DNA of 64,000 bases from Alphaproteobacteria bacterium (GTDB lineage Bacteria > Pseudomonadota > Alphaproteobacteria > GCA-2731375), in contig CBDDPY010000002.1 in assembly GCA_965232515.1 (NCBI GenBank), positions 448,001 through 512,000 on the forward strand, written 5' to 3'. The translations under genes were made by a program, and so were the position numbers. The notes under the pieces were generated by a model. That model was not told where the DNA came from, did no database searches, and was given only the letters and a program-made list of their open reading frames with translations. Shown here one piece after another: positions 42,863 through 51,980 of the stretch (position 1 is the stretch's first letter; every line of letters starts with the position of its first letter).

Positions 42863-44047
42863 TTAGTTGTGGCTGTCGGCGGTGCGCTGTTGAATACGTA
42901 GGATGACGAACTCGGCCGGCCGCACGGGCGCGAAGCCGACTGTGATGTTGACGAGACCCTGGTCGATGTCGGCCGCGGTGTGGGTGCCGCGGTCGCACCG
43001 GACGAAATAGGCGTCGCGGGGCGTGGCGCCCTGAAAGGCGCCGTTGCGGAAAAGCAAATGCAGGAACGAAGACACATTCAGCCGGATCTGGGCCCAGAGC
43101 GGTTCGCCGTTCGGCTCGAACACGGTCCATTGCACACCGGTCTCGATGCTGGCCTCGATAAACAGCGCCAGCCGCCGCACCGGCACGTAGCGCCACTCGG
43201 CGCCGCTGCCGGCAGGCTCCAGGCTGCGGGCGCCCCAGGCGACGATGCCGGCGCCCGGAAACGTCTTGATGACGTTGACCGAGCGATCGGTCAGACGCGC
43301 CAGATCGGCATCGCCGACGTCGGTCTCCAGGCCGCTGACACCGAATAATCCGGCGTCGACACCTGCCGGCGCTTTCCAGATACCGCGCTGTCTGTCGGTC
43401 CGGGCGTAGAGGCCGGCGATGCTGCCGCCCGGCGCGATCGCCCGGTCGCCGGTCCGTTTGCCGGGCGTCGTGGTCAGCAGCCGCGGAAAATACGTCGCGG
43501 CGTTGGCATGACGCAGTTTCGGGTTTGCCCGCAGCCAGGCCGTGACCGCCCGCGATGTGCGCCGGATTTTATCGCCATGCGGAATGTCATGCAGATAGAT
43601 CATGCGCCGCCGGTCCGCGTGGCCGACCGCGGCCGCGGCCACCTGGCCGGCTTCGGCGGCGGTCATGCGCGCCGTGTCGGGGGTCAGCAGCAGGTCCGCC
43701 GTGTCGGGCAGGGCGTGCAGCCCGGTCCCGCGATCTGCCCGGCCGATGATATCGCCGGCCCGGGCGGACGCACCCTTTCGACGTGAGTTCGACTTTGCAC
43801 GGACGATCCAGGCGCTCCGGCCGCCATTGGCGAAGAACTGCCGCACTGCCAGTGGAGCCTCCAGATCGCTGGAATCGGCGGCAAAGATCTCCGCCAGCTC
43901 GGCCGTCGAGGTGATTCGCACGACCTGGTCTACCGGACCCCGGGGAAAGGTCCCGACAATGGCGGCCACCCCGGTCTGCCGGCCGGCGATGGGCCGGATG
44001 CCCGGGGAAAGCTCTTGGACATAGACCTCCGCAGTCGTCAGCGTCAC
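42863..44047 (-). CDS. Contractile tail sheath protein (T4 gp18 / eCIS Afp2-4-like)
   Basis: VYVQEL...RGP, FFANGG, AGLYARTD..RGIWKAPAG, WGARSL, WRYVPVRRL, FEPN.EPLW, GFAPVRPAEFVI. Probable GTG start at 44047 after GGAGG. Confidence 0.92.
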   Translation of the reverse strand: MTLTTAEVYVQELSPGIRPIAGRQTGVAAIVGTFPRGPVDQVVRITSTAELAEIFAADSSDLEAPLAVRQFFANGGRSAWIVRAKSNSRRKGASARAGDIIGRADRGTGLHALPDTADLLLTPDTARMTAAEAGQVAAAAVGHADRRRMIYLHDIPHGDKIRRTSRAVTAWLRANPKLRHANAATYFPRLLTTTPGKRTGDRAIAPGGSIAGLYARTDRQRGIWKAPAGVDAGLFGVSGLETDVGDADLARLTDRSVNVIKTFPGAGIVAWGARSLEPAGSGAEWRYVPVRRLALFIEASIETGVQWTVFEPNGEPLWAQIRLNVSSFLHLLFRNGAFQGATPRDAYFVRCDRGTHTAADIDQGLVNITVGFAPVRPAEFVILRIQQRTADSHN

Positions 44048-44564
44048 GAACGCTCCTCCCATGATCTCGGGCTGCGCCAAATGGTGGGACGACGCGGCCA
44101 TTGGGAAGATTTACCGGGGTCAAGCAAAGCTTCGAATGAACTGCTTCACATCCTCGACAAAGACCAGGCTAGTCATAGAGGACGCTGCCCGCCGACCAAG
44201 ATACGGGCAGGCGTGAACAGGTCGTGTGACCGGTTGACCCATGTAACGGGCAAGTCGAGCAAACCGGTCCGCGGTCGTGCAAGCGGATGTCGATTTGACG
44301 CTTCACGAGCCCCGATGCGCGGCATCGGTACGGCGTCACGACCCGACTTTGCGTTAACCAGTCTTTTACTCTTGTCCCTCAGTGTGGCGCGCGCGGGCTT
44401 GTGGATAACCCGTTTGACCAACGTTGAGGACTGCGAAGCAATTGTATCGGAACTGCCCGCTCCCTACGGATGACGTTCTCATTCTTGCTCAAAGCACATC
44501 CACTCAAAACCCTTACTCCACTCCAATCAACAACATCATCATCATCAGCACAGAGGTGTGAGAG

Positions 44565-45806
44565 ATGCCGAAGAAGGTTGTAACGGCCAGGGCCAAGAAA
44601 AAGCCCGTCAAGGCCAAAGCTGCCGTTCGCAAAACGGCCGCGAAACGAACGAGCACCGCGCGCAAGCGCGTTGCCGCTAAGCGCGTGACCGCCCGCAAGA
44701 GCACCGTCCGCCGCGCCAGCACGGCCCGGAAGACGACTGCCAAGAAGCGTCCGGCCGCGAAGAAGAGCACGGCTCGCAAGACGACCGCGCGCAAGACGAC
44801 GGCCCGCAAGACCGTCGCCCGGAAGCGCCCGGCCGCCAAGAAGACGACCGCCCGGAAGACGACGGCTCGCAAGACCGTCGCCAAGAAGCGTCCGGTCGCC
44901 AAGAAGCGCACCGTCGCGAAGAAGAGCACGGCTCGTAAGACGACCGCGCGCAAGACGACGGCCCGCAAGACCGTCGCCCGGAAGCGCCCGGCCGCCAAGA
45001 AGCGCGTCGTTCGCAAGTCCACGGCCCGTAAGTCGACCGCTCGGAAGACTGTCGCCCGGAAGCGTCCGGCGGCGAAGCGCACCGTTCGCAAGTCGACCGC
45101 TCGGAAGACCGTCGCCCGGAAGCGTCCGGCGGCGAAGCGTACCGTTCGCAAGTCGACCGCTCGGAAGACTGTCGCCCGGAAGCGTCCGGCGGCGAAGCGT
45201 ACCGTTCGCAAGTCGACCGCTCGGAAGACTGTCGCCCGGAAGCGTCCGGCGGCGAAGCGCACCGTTCGCAAGTCGACCGCTCGGAAGACCGTCGCCCGGA
45301 AGCGTCCGGCGGCGAAGCGCACCGTTCGCAAGTCGACCGCTCGGAAGACCGTCGCCCGGAAGCGTCCGGCGGCGAAGCGTACCGTTCGCAAGTCGACCGC
45401 TCGGAAGACTGTCGCCCGGAAGCGTCCGGCGGCGAAGCGTACCGTTCGCAAGTCGACCGCTCGGAAGACTGTCGCCCGGAAGCGTCCGGCGGCGAAGCGC
45501 ACCGTTCGCAAGTCGACCGCTCGGAAGACCGTCGCCCGGAAGCGTCCGGCGGCGAAGCGTACCGTTCGCAAGTCGACCGCGCGTAAGACTGTTGCGCGCA
45601 AGCGCGTGGTCGCCAAGAAGCGTCCGGCCGCGAAAAAGCGTACGACCGCTCGTAAGGTCAGTGCGCGTCGGCCCGTCCGCAAGGCGAGCGCGCGTAAGCG
45701 CGTGTCGATGAAGCGGGCTCGCCGTCCTGTCGCTCGGAAGATCAGCCGGGCCCGGACCGTGAGCCGGCGTTCGGTCGCCAAGCGGTCGATGCGGAAGGCT
45801 GCTTGA
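44565..45806 (+). CDS. Histone H1-like, Lys/Arg/Ala/Thr-rich basic protein (Hc2/HctB-like)
   Basis: GAGG SD; 413 aa of KKxxARK-type pentapeptides with no Asp/Glu or aromatic residue seen; hairpins downstream. Confidence 0.85.
   Translation: MPKKVVTARAKKKPVKAKAAVRKTAAKRTSTARKRVAAKRVTARKSTVRRASTARKTTAKKRPAAKKSTARKTTARKTTARKTVARKRPAAKKTTARKTTARKTVAKKRPVAKKRTVAKKSTARKTTARKTTARKTVARKRPAAKKRVVRKSTARKSTARKTVARKRPAAKRTVRKSTARKTVARKRPAAKRTVRKSTARKTVARKRPAAKRTVRKSTARKTVARKRPAAKRTVRKSTARKTVARKRPAAKRTVRKSTARKTVARKRPAAKRTVRKSTARKTVARKRPAAKRTVRKSTARKTVARKRPAAKRTVRKSTARKTVARKRPAAKRTVRKSTARKTVARKRVVAKKRPAAKKRTTARKVSARRPVRKASARKRVSMKRARRPVARKISRARTVSRRSVAKRSMRKAA
45030..45590 (+). repeat. 60-bp coding tandem repeat, about 9 copies (RKSTARKTVARKRPAAKRTV)
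   Basis: Nine consecutive 60-nt lines (45061-45541) begin agcgtccggcggcgaagcg and differ mainly at two synonymous sites. Confidence 0.97.
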
Positions 45807-45881
45807 CTGCCTTAGGGGACCGTCCGGTCACGATTTGAGGACGGTCCCCATAAGGCGCTTATACTCCAGTCCTTCGACAGG

Positions 45882-45913
45882 CGGCGGTTCCCCGGAACCG
45901 CCGTTTCTCGTTT
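45882..45913 (+). terminator. Probable intrinsic terminator after the histone-like gene
   Basis: cggcggttc-cccg-gaaccgccg followed by tttctcgttt; a second long hairpin precedes it at 45809-45856. Confidence 0.65.
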
Positions 45914-45960
45914 CTGCCCGGCGTTAACCATCGGCGGATTGCCAAATAGGGGGAACCGTA

Positions 45961-47178
45961 ATGCGTGCGCCTCGAACGCTTATCGTTGCCTTGATGGTCC
46001 TTGGTCTGGCCGGCTGTCAATCCGGCAAGCTCGCGCCCAAGCTGGACGCGGAACGGGCCCAGCTGGAAGATCTTCGCCGCCTGGTGTCGATGCTGGACGA
46101 GACGGTCCAGGTGCAGCGCCGGCTCGGCACCGTAAGCCATCGCCTGACCGTCGCCGGTGCCGAGATCTGTGGCGATCGGACCAGGCCCTACTACGGCATA
46201 AATCTGATTGGACACCCGCGGGATGTCGCGCGTCTGCGGCACCGCGACATTTATCGCCAGGCTTTCGGCCTGGGCGATGGATTTACCATCGTCGATCTGA
46301 CGGCGGATGGTCCGGCGGCTGAAGCCGGGCTGCGCGCCGGCGACGTTGTCGTCGCCCTCGCCGGCGAACCCGTCGTCGGCCCGGCCGATGCCGGGCGTTT
46401 GTCGCGCCTCTTCGGCGGCGCCGGCGGCCGGCTCGCGATCGACATCGCCCGCGATGGCGCGACTGAAGCCGTTGAGATCGCGCCCGTGTCGGAGTGCGCT
46501 CAGGATGTGCGGCTGGCCGGCGGCAACGCCGTCGCCATTGACGCGCTGGCCGGCCCGGTGCTTGTCACGCCCGGCATGGTGCGCTTTGCGGTTACGGATG
46601 ACGAGCTTGCGGTCGTCGTCGCGCATGCTCTCGCCCGTGCTCTGCTTGATCCGGCGCCGCGGTCCGCCGCCACCGTCGCCGTGCCCAAAGGGGTGACATC
46701 GGCGATCGGCTCGGCTGCCGGCGTCAGGGTCCGGCCGATCGATATCGAGATTGGCGACCGGCAGCTCGGCGCCGCCGCCGAGGCCAAGGCCGACCAGCTC
46801 GGCCTCTATCTCGCCGCTCGCGCCGGCTTTGACGTCAGCCATGCTGCCCGGTTCTGGCGCCGGCTGGCGGTCGCGCATCCGCGCGCGGTCCATGGCGACC
46901 GCACCGGGGCCCGCCCCGGATTGGCGAAGCGCCTCGCGGCGATCGAGCAGACCGTGCGGGACATCGCAACGAAGCAGCGGGACGGCGCGGCGCTGCTGCC
47001 GGCTGGGGTCGATCTGCCGGTGGCCGCCATGCCGACGGAGGCCGACCTGGTCGATCTGCCGAGTTCGGTGCGCGATCACGCCATTATCGCGGCGCGTCAG
47101 TCGCGCGAGCCGTTTCAGCGCTTCTGGGGACGCGCCCGCAGCGTACAATGGGTTGAGCAGCCGACGTCCGACGAGTGA
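45961..47178 (+). CDS. PDZ-domain lipoprotein with a degenerate M48 peptidase domain
   Basis: Lipobox LAGC; PDZ (GPAAEAGLRAGDVV); M48-like DDELAVVVAHALAR, EAKADQLGLYLAARAGFD, FWRRL. Confidence 0.75.
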   Translation: MRAPRTLIVALMVLGLAGCQSGKLAPKLDAERAQLEDLRRLVSMLDETVQVQRRLGTVSHRLTVAGAEICGDRTRPYYGINLIGHPRDVARLRHRDIYRQAFGLGDGFTIVDLTADGPAAEAGLRAGDVVVALAGEPVVGPADAGRLSRLFGGAGGRLAIDIARDGATEAVEIAPVSECAQDVRLAGGNAVAIDALAGPVLVTPGMVRFAVTDDELAVVVAHALARALLDPAPRSAATVAVPKGVTSAIGSAAGVRVRPIDIEIGDRQLGAAAEAKADQLGLYLAARAGFDVSHAARFWRRLAVAHPRAVHGDRTGARPGLAKRLAAIEQTVRDIATKQRDGAALLPAGVDLPVAAMPTEADLVDLPSSVRDHAIIAARQSREPFQRFWGRARSVQWVEQPTSDE

Positions 47179-47285
47179 TCGAGGACACAGACGGCGTCGT
47201 CTCCGGGTGCCAGATATGATCGAGCGGCCATTGCCGGCGCCGTTTGCGGGCAGCTGCCGTTTGTTGTTGTTGAAGGTTCGGGCAT

Positions 47286-48845
47286 ATGCCGGCAAAGGTT
47301 CTCGCCATCGGTCTCGATGCGGCTGAAGCGACGTTGATCGAACGTTGGGCCGCGGCCGGTGACTTGCCGACATTTCGCCGCTTGGGCGAGACCGGCGCGG
47401 TTTGCCGCATGGGCAACTCGCTGGAGACGCTGCCGGGCGCGATCTGGCCCGAGCTGACCAGCGGCATGTCCTGCGGCCGGCGCCCGCTCTATTACCATTC
47501 CGCGCAGTTGCATACCGGCGAAACGACGCCGCGCGCGGTCGCTGTCGACGACGTCGATCCCGACGAGTACTACTGGGTAAAGGTTAACGCGGCGGGTCGT
47601 CGTGTCGCCGCCGTCGACCTCCCGCAGACCGTGCCGGCATCCGGCTTCGATGGCATTCAGCTGTTTGAATGGGGCCTGCACGACCGGAATTTTTCGATCG
47701 CCAGCCAACCGCCGGCGTTGCTGTCCGAAATCAAACAGCAGTACGGCGACCATCCGGTGACGGCCTGCGACGCGCACGGCGAGACTCCCGCCGGCTACCG
47801 GCGTCTGCGTGAAGGGTTGTTGACGGGCGCGACGCGCAAGACCGAGCTGCTGCTGGACTTGCTGGGCCGCGAGGATTGGGACCTTTTCACCTGCGCCTAT
47901 GGCGAGACGCATTGTGTCGGCCATCAGTTCTGGCGCTTCTTCGAAGCTGCCGCCGGCGCGCCCGGGGAGTTCGCCGACACCATTCCGGCCCTTTACCGCG
48001 AGATCGACGCCGGCATCGGCCGCCTGCTTTCGGCCGCGGGCCCGGATGCGGTCGCGCTGATCTATACCAGCCACGGCATGGGACCCTATATCGGCGGCTA
48101 TCAGCTTTTGCCCGAGGTGCTGATCCGGCTCGGCCTGGGTGCGATCGAACCCGCCCGTCCGATGGTCGCGCACCGGATCCGCCGCTGGCACGCGCTGGCG
48201 GCGCGACTGCCGAATTCATGGCGGCCATTTATCCGCGCGGTCGGCCGGACGGCAATGCTGCGCGGGCTCAAGGCGTCGACCGGCATCGAGCTCGATCCGC
48301 TGTCGTCCTCGAAAGTTCGCGCCATCGCGGTGAAGAACAACCGCTGCGGCGCGATCCGTCTGAACCTGCGCGGCCGCGAGCCGTTCGGCGCCGTCGAACC
48401 GGGCCGGGAGGCCGAAGCCGTGTTGTCGGAACTGCGCCGGGAGCTGGCGGCGTTGCGCGAGCCTGAAACCAACGAACCGATCGTCGATCATACGATAACG
48501 GCCGAGGAAGCGTTCGGCCGCGACCACCACCCCGATGCGCCGGACCTGATGGTGGTGTTCCGAACCAATCTCGGCCCCATCGAGGCCTGCCGATCCGATC
48601 GCGTCGGCACGGTCCGGGTGCCGATCTATCATCCGAATATTCCGCGGACCGGCGACCATACCGTCGAATCCAGGCTTTGGGCGGTCGGTCCCGGCATCGC
48701 GGCGGGCGAACGCCTGCCGGACGCGAACGTGCTCGATCTGGCGCCGACGATCCTGCGGCTGCTCGACGTGCCGTTGACCGGCACGTTCGACGGTCGGCCG
48801 ATCCCGGCCATCGTATCGATGCAGACGGTCGCGCCGGCGGGCTGA
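47286..48845 (+). CDS. Alkaline phosphatase superfamily / type I phosphodiesterase-nucleotide pyrophosphatase protein
   Basis: IGLDAA, WPELTSG, ETHCVGHQFW, SHGM, TGDH, LDLAPTIL, DGRP. Confidence 0.82.
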   Translation: MPAKVLAIGLDAAEATLIERWAAAGDLPTFRRLGETGAVCRMGNSLETLPGAIWPELTSGMSCGRRPLYYHSAQLHTGETTPRAVAVDDVDPDEYYWVKVNAAGRRVAAVDLPQTVPASGFDGIQLFEWGLHDRNFSIASQPPALLSEIKQQYGDHPVTACDAHGETPAGYRRLREGLLTGATRKTELLLDLLGREDWDLFTCAYGETHCVGHQFWRFFEAAAGAPGEFADTIPALYREIDAGIGRLLSAAGPDAVALIYTSHGMGPYIGGYQLLPEVLIRLGLGAIEPARPMVAHRIRRWHALAARLPNSWRPFIRAVGRTAMLRGLKASTGIELDPLSSSKVRAIAVKNNRCGAIRLNLRGREPFGAVEPGREAEAVLSELRRELAALREPETNEPIVDHTITAEEAFGRDHHPDAPDLMVVFRTNLGPIEACRSDRVGTVRVPIYHPNIPRTGDHTVESRLWAVGPGIAAGERLPDANVLDLAPTILRLLDVPLTGTFDGRPIPAIVSMQTVAPAG

Positions 48846-48869
48846 TCCGGTTTTCGAAGAGGGAAGCCG

Positions 48870-49802
48870 ATGACTCTTGATGTATCGGTTGTCGTCGTTT
48901 CCGACTATGCCGGCGGTGACGCCAAGTCGTGGGACGATCTGCGCAAGACGCTAACCAGCTTGTCGCGGCAGGATTTCCAGGGGCAGGCCGAATTCATCCT
49001 CGTCGAGGCGGCGGAATTCCGCGACACCATTCCCGCCGAACTCGAGCGGATCATCCCCGGTCTGCGCATCGTCTGGTCCGAGGCGACGGCGTCCTACGAT
49101 ATGAAGAACGCAGGCGCCGAGGCGGCGACGGCGGACATCGTCGCCATGCTGGACGCGGACTGCACGCCGTGCGAGGTCTGGCTTCGTCGTCTGGTCGACA
49201 CGATGCGCGCCTATCCCGATGCCGTTGCCGTCAGCGGCAAGACCACCTATCCCGGTCGCACGCTGCTCGAGCGCATCCTGGCGCTGATTGGCCGATCGTT
49301 CCTCTATCGCCGCCAGACCGGGGACACGGATTCGATTTCGAACAATAACGCCGGTTACCGGCGCGACATTCTGCTGCGCTACCCGCTGTCGAACGCCATC
49401 GGACCGTTCGGCGCGGGCCTGCAGAACACGGCGATTGTCTGCGACGGCCACCGGGTGATGTTCGAGCCGCGCATGCAAGCGGTGCATGACTTCGAAGGTT
49501 GGGCGATGGAGCGCGATGTCCGGCGAAATGTCGGCTATGCAACCGTTGCCGTGCGTCAATACGAGCCGCGAACCAAGCAATCCTGGTTCGTCCAGCTGGG
49601 CGTCTTCAGCCTGCCGCTGTTCTATGCCGGGCGGGTGCTGATGTCGTCGCGGCAGTGTGTTCGCTACCACCGCGACTACCGGGTGCCAGGCTACGCCTTG
49701 CCGATGGCGTTGGTACTGGCGTTCATCGTGCACGCTATGGAATTGCCGGGCATGCTATGGGCATTCCGCAACCGGCCGATCACCGACACGGTTTACCGTT
49801 AG
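48870..49802 (+). CDS. Glycosyltransferase family 2
   Basis: VSVVVV, KNAG...ADIVAMLDADC (DxD), NNAGYRRD, C-terminal TM region. Confidence 0.85.
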   Translation: MTLDVSVVVVSDYAGGDAKSWDDLRKTLTSLSRQDFQGQAEFILVEAAEFRDTIPAELERIIPGLRIVWSEATASYDMKNAGAEAATADIVAMLDADCTPCEVWLRRLVDTMRAYPDAVAVSGKTTYPGRTLLERILALIGRSFLYRRQTGDTDSISNNNAGYRRDILLRYPLSNAIGPFGAGLQNTAIVCDGHRVMFEPRMQAVHDFEGWAMERDVRRNVGYATVAVRQYEPRTKQSWFVQLGVFSLPLFYAGRVLMSSRQCVRYHRDYRVPGYALPMALVLAFIVHAMELPGMLWAFRNRPITDTVYR

Positions 49803-50302
49803 CAAGGCGAGGCAGGTTTTCGAGCGAAGCTGCCGAGGATGTAGCTGAAGGCGGGGATCGGCGCGTCGTCGGCGCGCACAGGCACGCAGCAGAGCCGGTA
49901 ATTGGTGAGCCGGCCTCGCGGTTCCCAGTAGGTGCCGGCCAGATAGGCCGGTTGGCTCCCGGCCTTTGCCTCGCCACAGAGGCGATACAGTGCGTCGCGC
50001 ACCACGGTCTGGCGCATTGACGAAAGCGTCTGCCCAACGGCGGCGCGCAAGTCCTCGAATTCCACCCGCTCGCCACAAAGGACGACGATCGAGTCGGCCG
50101 GGCTGTCGCCGATGAGCAACAGAAAACTGGCTTCGCGAATGCCCGGGTGCGCGTTGAGCGACATGTCGTGCAGACTGGGGGGCGTCCCGTCCCGGCGGGC
50201 CTGGCGCCAGTGCGCGATCAGCCTTCTATCCGCGCGACGTTCGTCGGTCTCCGTCCGAGGCAGTCGATCGTCGTCGGCGTCGACCATCACAGCCGCCGGC
50301 AT
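49799..50302 (-). CDS. PAS-domain (PAS_5-like) protein
   Basis: LIAHWRQAR...PPSLHDM, FLL, CGE, YRLCCVP, ILG pattern of stand-alone alphaproteobacterial PAS proteins. Start uncertain. Confidence 0.6.
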   Translation of the reverse strand: MPAAVMVDADDDRLPRTETDERRADRRLIAHWRQARRDGTPPSLHDMSLNAHPGIREASFLLLIGDSPADSIVVLCGERVEFEDLRAAVGQTLSSMRQTVVRDALYRLCGEAKAGSQPAYLAGTYWEPRGRLTNYRLCCVPVRADDAPIPAFSYILGSFARKPASPC

Positions 50303-50714
50303 GTGATGGCGTTTGCCGGCATTCGCGGCGGGTCGGCGACATCGGCATACAATCGGGGGCCGGGGGCTTGTTGACGGTGCTCCGTCGCCCGGGAACATGC
50401 CGTTTCGACGTTGACGCAAGACATGACATCAACGTAGCGCTCCGAATTCGGACGCTGTATCAGGAATTCTACCTAATACTATCGCGGTGATCTTGTGACT
50501 TCGGTCGTATCTAGTATTCGTAAGATCTAATGGCTTAACGATCCTCGAAATACGCCGGGCGCGCCGCTTTGGTCGGTATTCGCATTCGCGAGTACGATAG
50601 GCATTCGAACTGAAATCCATCATATTTCGAAATAGGCATGTTGCCTAAATCGAGGAGTTGTTTGTGATATCCATACGTATTCACAGAAGTGAAATAAAAA
50701 ATTCATAAACAAGA

Positions 50715-51971
50715 ATGTCGCGCGGTAATTTTTTATTTACGCGATTTGAGCAACATCCCGAGCAAGAACAGAGCTTGTTTGATACGCGTATTTCGGGGGC
50801 GGGGGTGTCTCAACAGCTGCGTCAGTTAGTGCTGTCCGTATCGCCGCTTGCCAGCGATATGCGTTGCGTCGACGTCTATGACCGTTTTGCCGTGGACCCG
50901 GAAATGTTGACGGCGGCCGTCGTCGACGCGAACGACGTGCCGCTCGGCCTCGTCAACCGGCACGAATTCTTTCTGCAGCTTGCGCATCGCTATGGCCGGG
51001 CGCTCTATGACCGCAAGCCGATCACCACGCTGATGAATACCGAGCCGCTGATCGTCGATGTCGACGCCAGCCTCGAGAGTCTGAACGACCGGATCGTCAG
51101 CGACGCGCAGAGCGCGCTGCTGCGCGGCTTCATCGTTACCCAGGACGGCCGCTATCTCGGCGTCGGTACGGCGCTCTCGCTGATGCAGTTGAACGTGCGT
51201 CACATGCATGCCCGGGCCAGGGATCTGGAAGAAGCGCGCCGCAACGCCGAGCAGGCCAACACCGCCAAGTCGCAGTTCCTCGCCAGCATGAGCCACGAGC
51301 TACGCACGCCCCTGAACGCTATTCTGGGCTTTTCGGAGATCATCCGCGACGAGAGCCTGGGCCGGATCGGGATTCCGAAGTACCGCGAATATGCCGACGA
51401 CATTCATCAAAGCGGCCGGCACTTGCTGAATGTCGTGAACGATGTCCTCGACATGGCTAAGATCGAGGCCGGAAAGATCGAGCTGCAGGACCACCAGATC
51501 GACATCGGCGAGTCGATCGAACGCAGCATCAAGTTCGTCGCCACCCATGCCGCCACCGCCAACGTCGCGCTCGAGATGCGGGTGCCGGCCGGACTGCCGC
51601 TGGTTCGTGCCGACGAAGTGAAGCTGCGCCAGGTCCTGCTCAACCTGCTGTCGAATGCGGTGAAGTTCACCCCGAGCGGCGGCCGCATCCGCGTCGAAGC
51701 GTCGGCCGATTGGCGCCACGGCCTGACGATTATCGTCAGCGACAATGGGATCGGCATCGCGCCACGGGATATCCCCGGGGTGCTGCAGCCATTCGGTCAG
51801 GCCGACAGCGGCTTCGCCCGGAAATACAACGGCACCGGTCTCGGCCTGCCGCTGGCGCGCTCGATTGTCGAACTGCACGGCGGCGAGCTGTCGCTCGACA
51901 GCAAGGTCGGCGTCGGCACCACGGTGCGACTGCGTTTGCCCGCCGACCGCCTCAGCGCCGACGCCGCCTAG
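50715..51971 (+). CDS. Soluble sensor histidine kinase with N-terminal CBS-like pair
   Basis: PLGLVNR...LM...PLIVD...GFIVT-DGRYLGVG; H-box AKSQFLASMSHELRTPLNAILGFSE; NLLSNAVKFT, DNGIGI, GTGLGL. Confidence 0.9.
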   Translation: MSRGNFLFTRFEQHPEQEQSLFDTRISGAGVSQQLRQLVLSVSPLASDMRCVDVYDRFAVDPEMLTAAVVDANDVPLGLVNRHEFFLQLAHRYGRALYDRKPITTLMNTEPLIVDVDASLESLNDRIVSDAQSALLRGFIVTQDGRYLGVGTALSLMQLNVRHMHARARDLEEARRNAEQANTAKSQFLASMSHELRTPLNAILGFSEIIRDESLGRIGIPKYREYADDIHQSGRHLLNVVNDVLDMAKIEAGKIELQDHQIDIGESIERSIKFVATHAATANVALEMRVPAGLPLVRADEVKLRQVLLNLLSNAVKFTPSGGRIRVEASADWRHGLTIIVSDNGIGIAPRDIPGVLQPFGQADSGFARKYNGTGLGLPLARSIVELHGGELSLDSKVGVGTTVRLRLPADRLSADAA

Positions 51972-51980
51972 TGCTTGTCC

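Noticed and set aside
42327-44047. Prophage, GTA or T6SS
   Set aside because: No capsid, terminase, portal, integrase or Tss genes; the sheath and tube motifs are gp18/gp19 eCIS-type, not TssBC/Hcp.
44354-44369. CtrA-like site TTAA-N7-TTTAC upstream of the histone-like gene (also TTAACCAT at 15610 and 45924)
   Set aside because: Mismatched or half sites only; too short to support without conservation data.
45030-45590. Possible CRISPR array
   Set aside because: Head-to-tail 60-bp units with no unique spacers, in frame within a CDS; no cas genes in the window.
44513-45781. 422-aa repetitive minus-strand ORF (RFAAGRFRATVFRAVDL)n
   Set aside because: Antisense of the histone-like gene; the SD, synonymous-site variation and downstream terminator support the plus strand.
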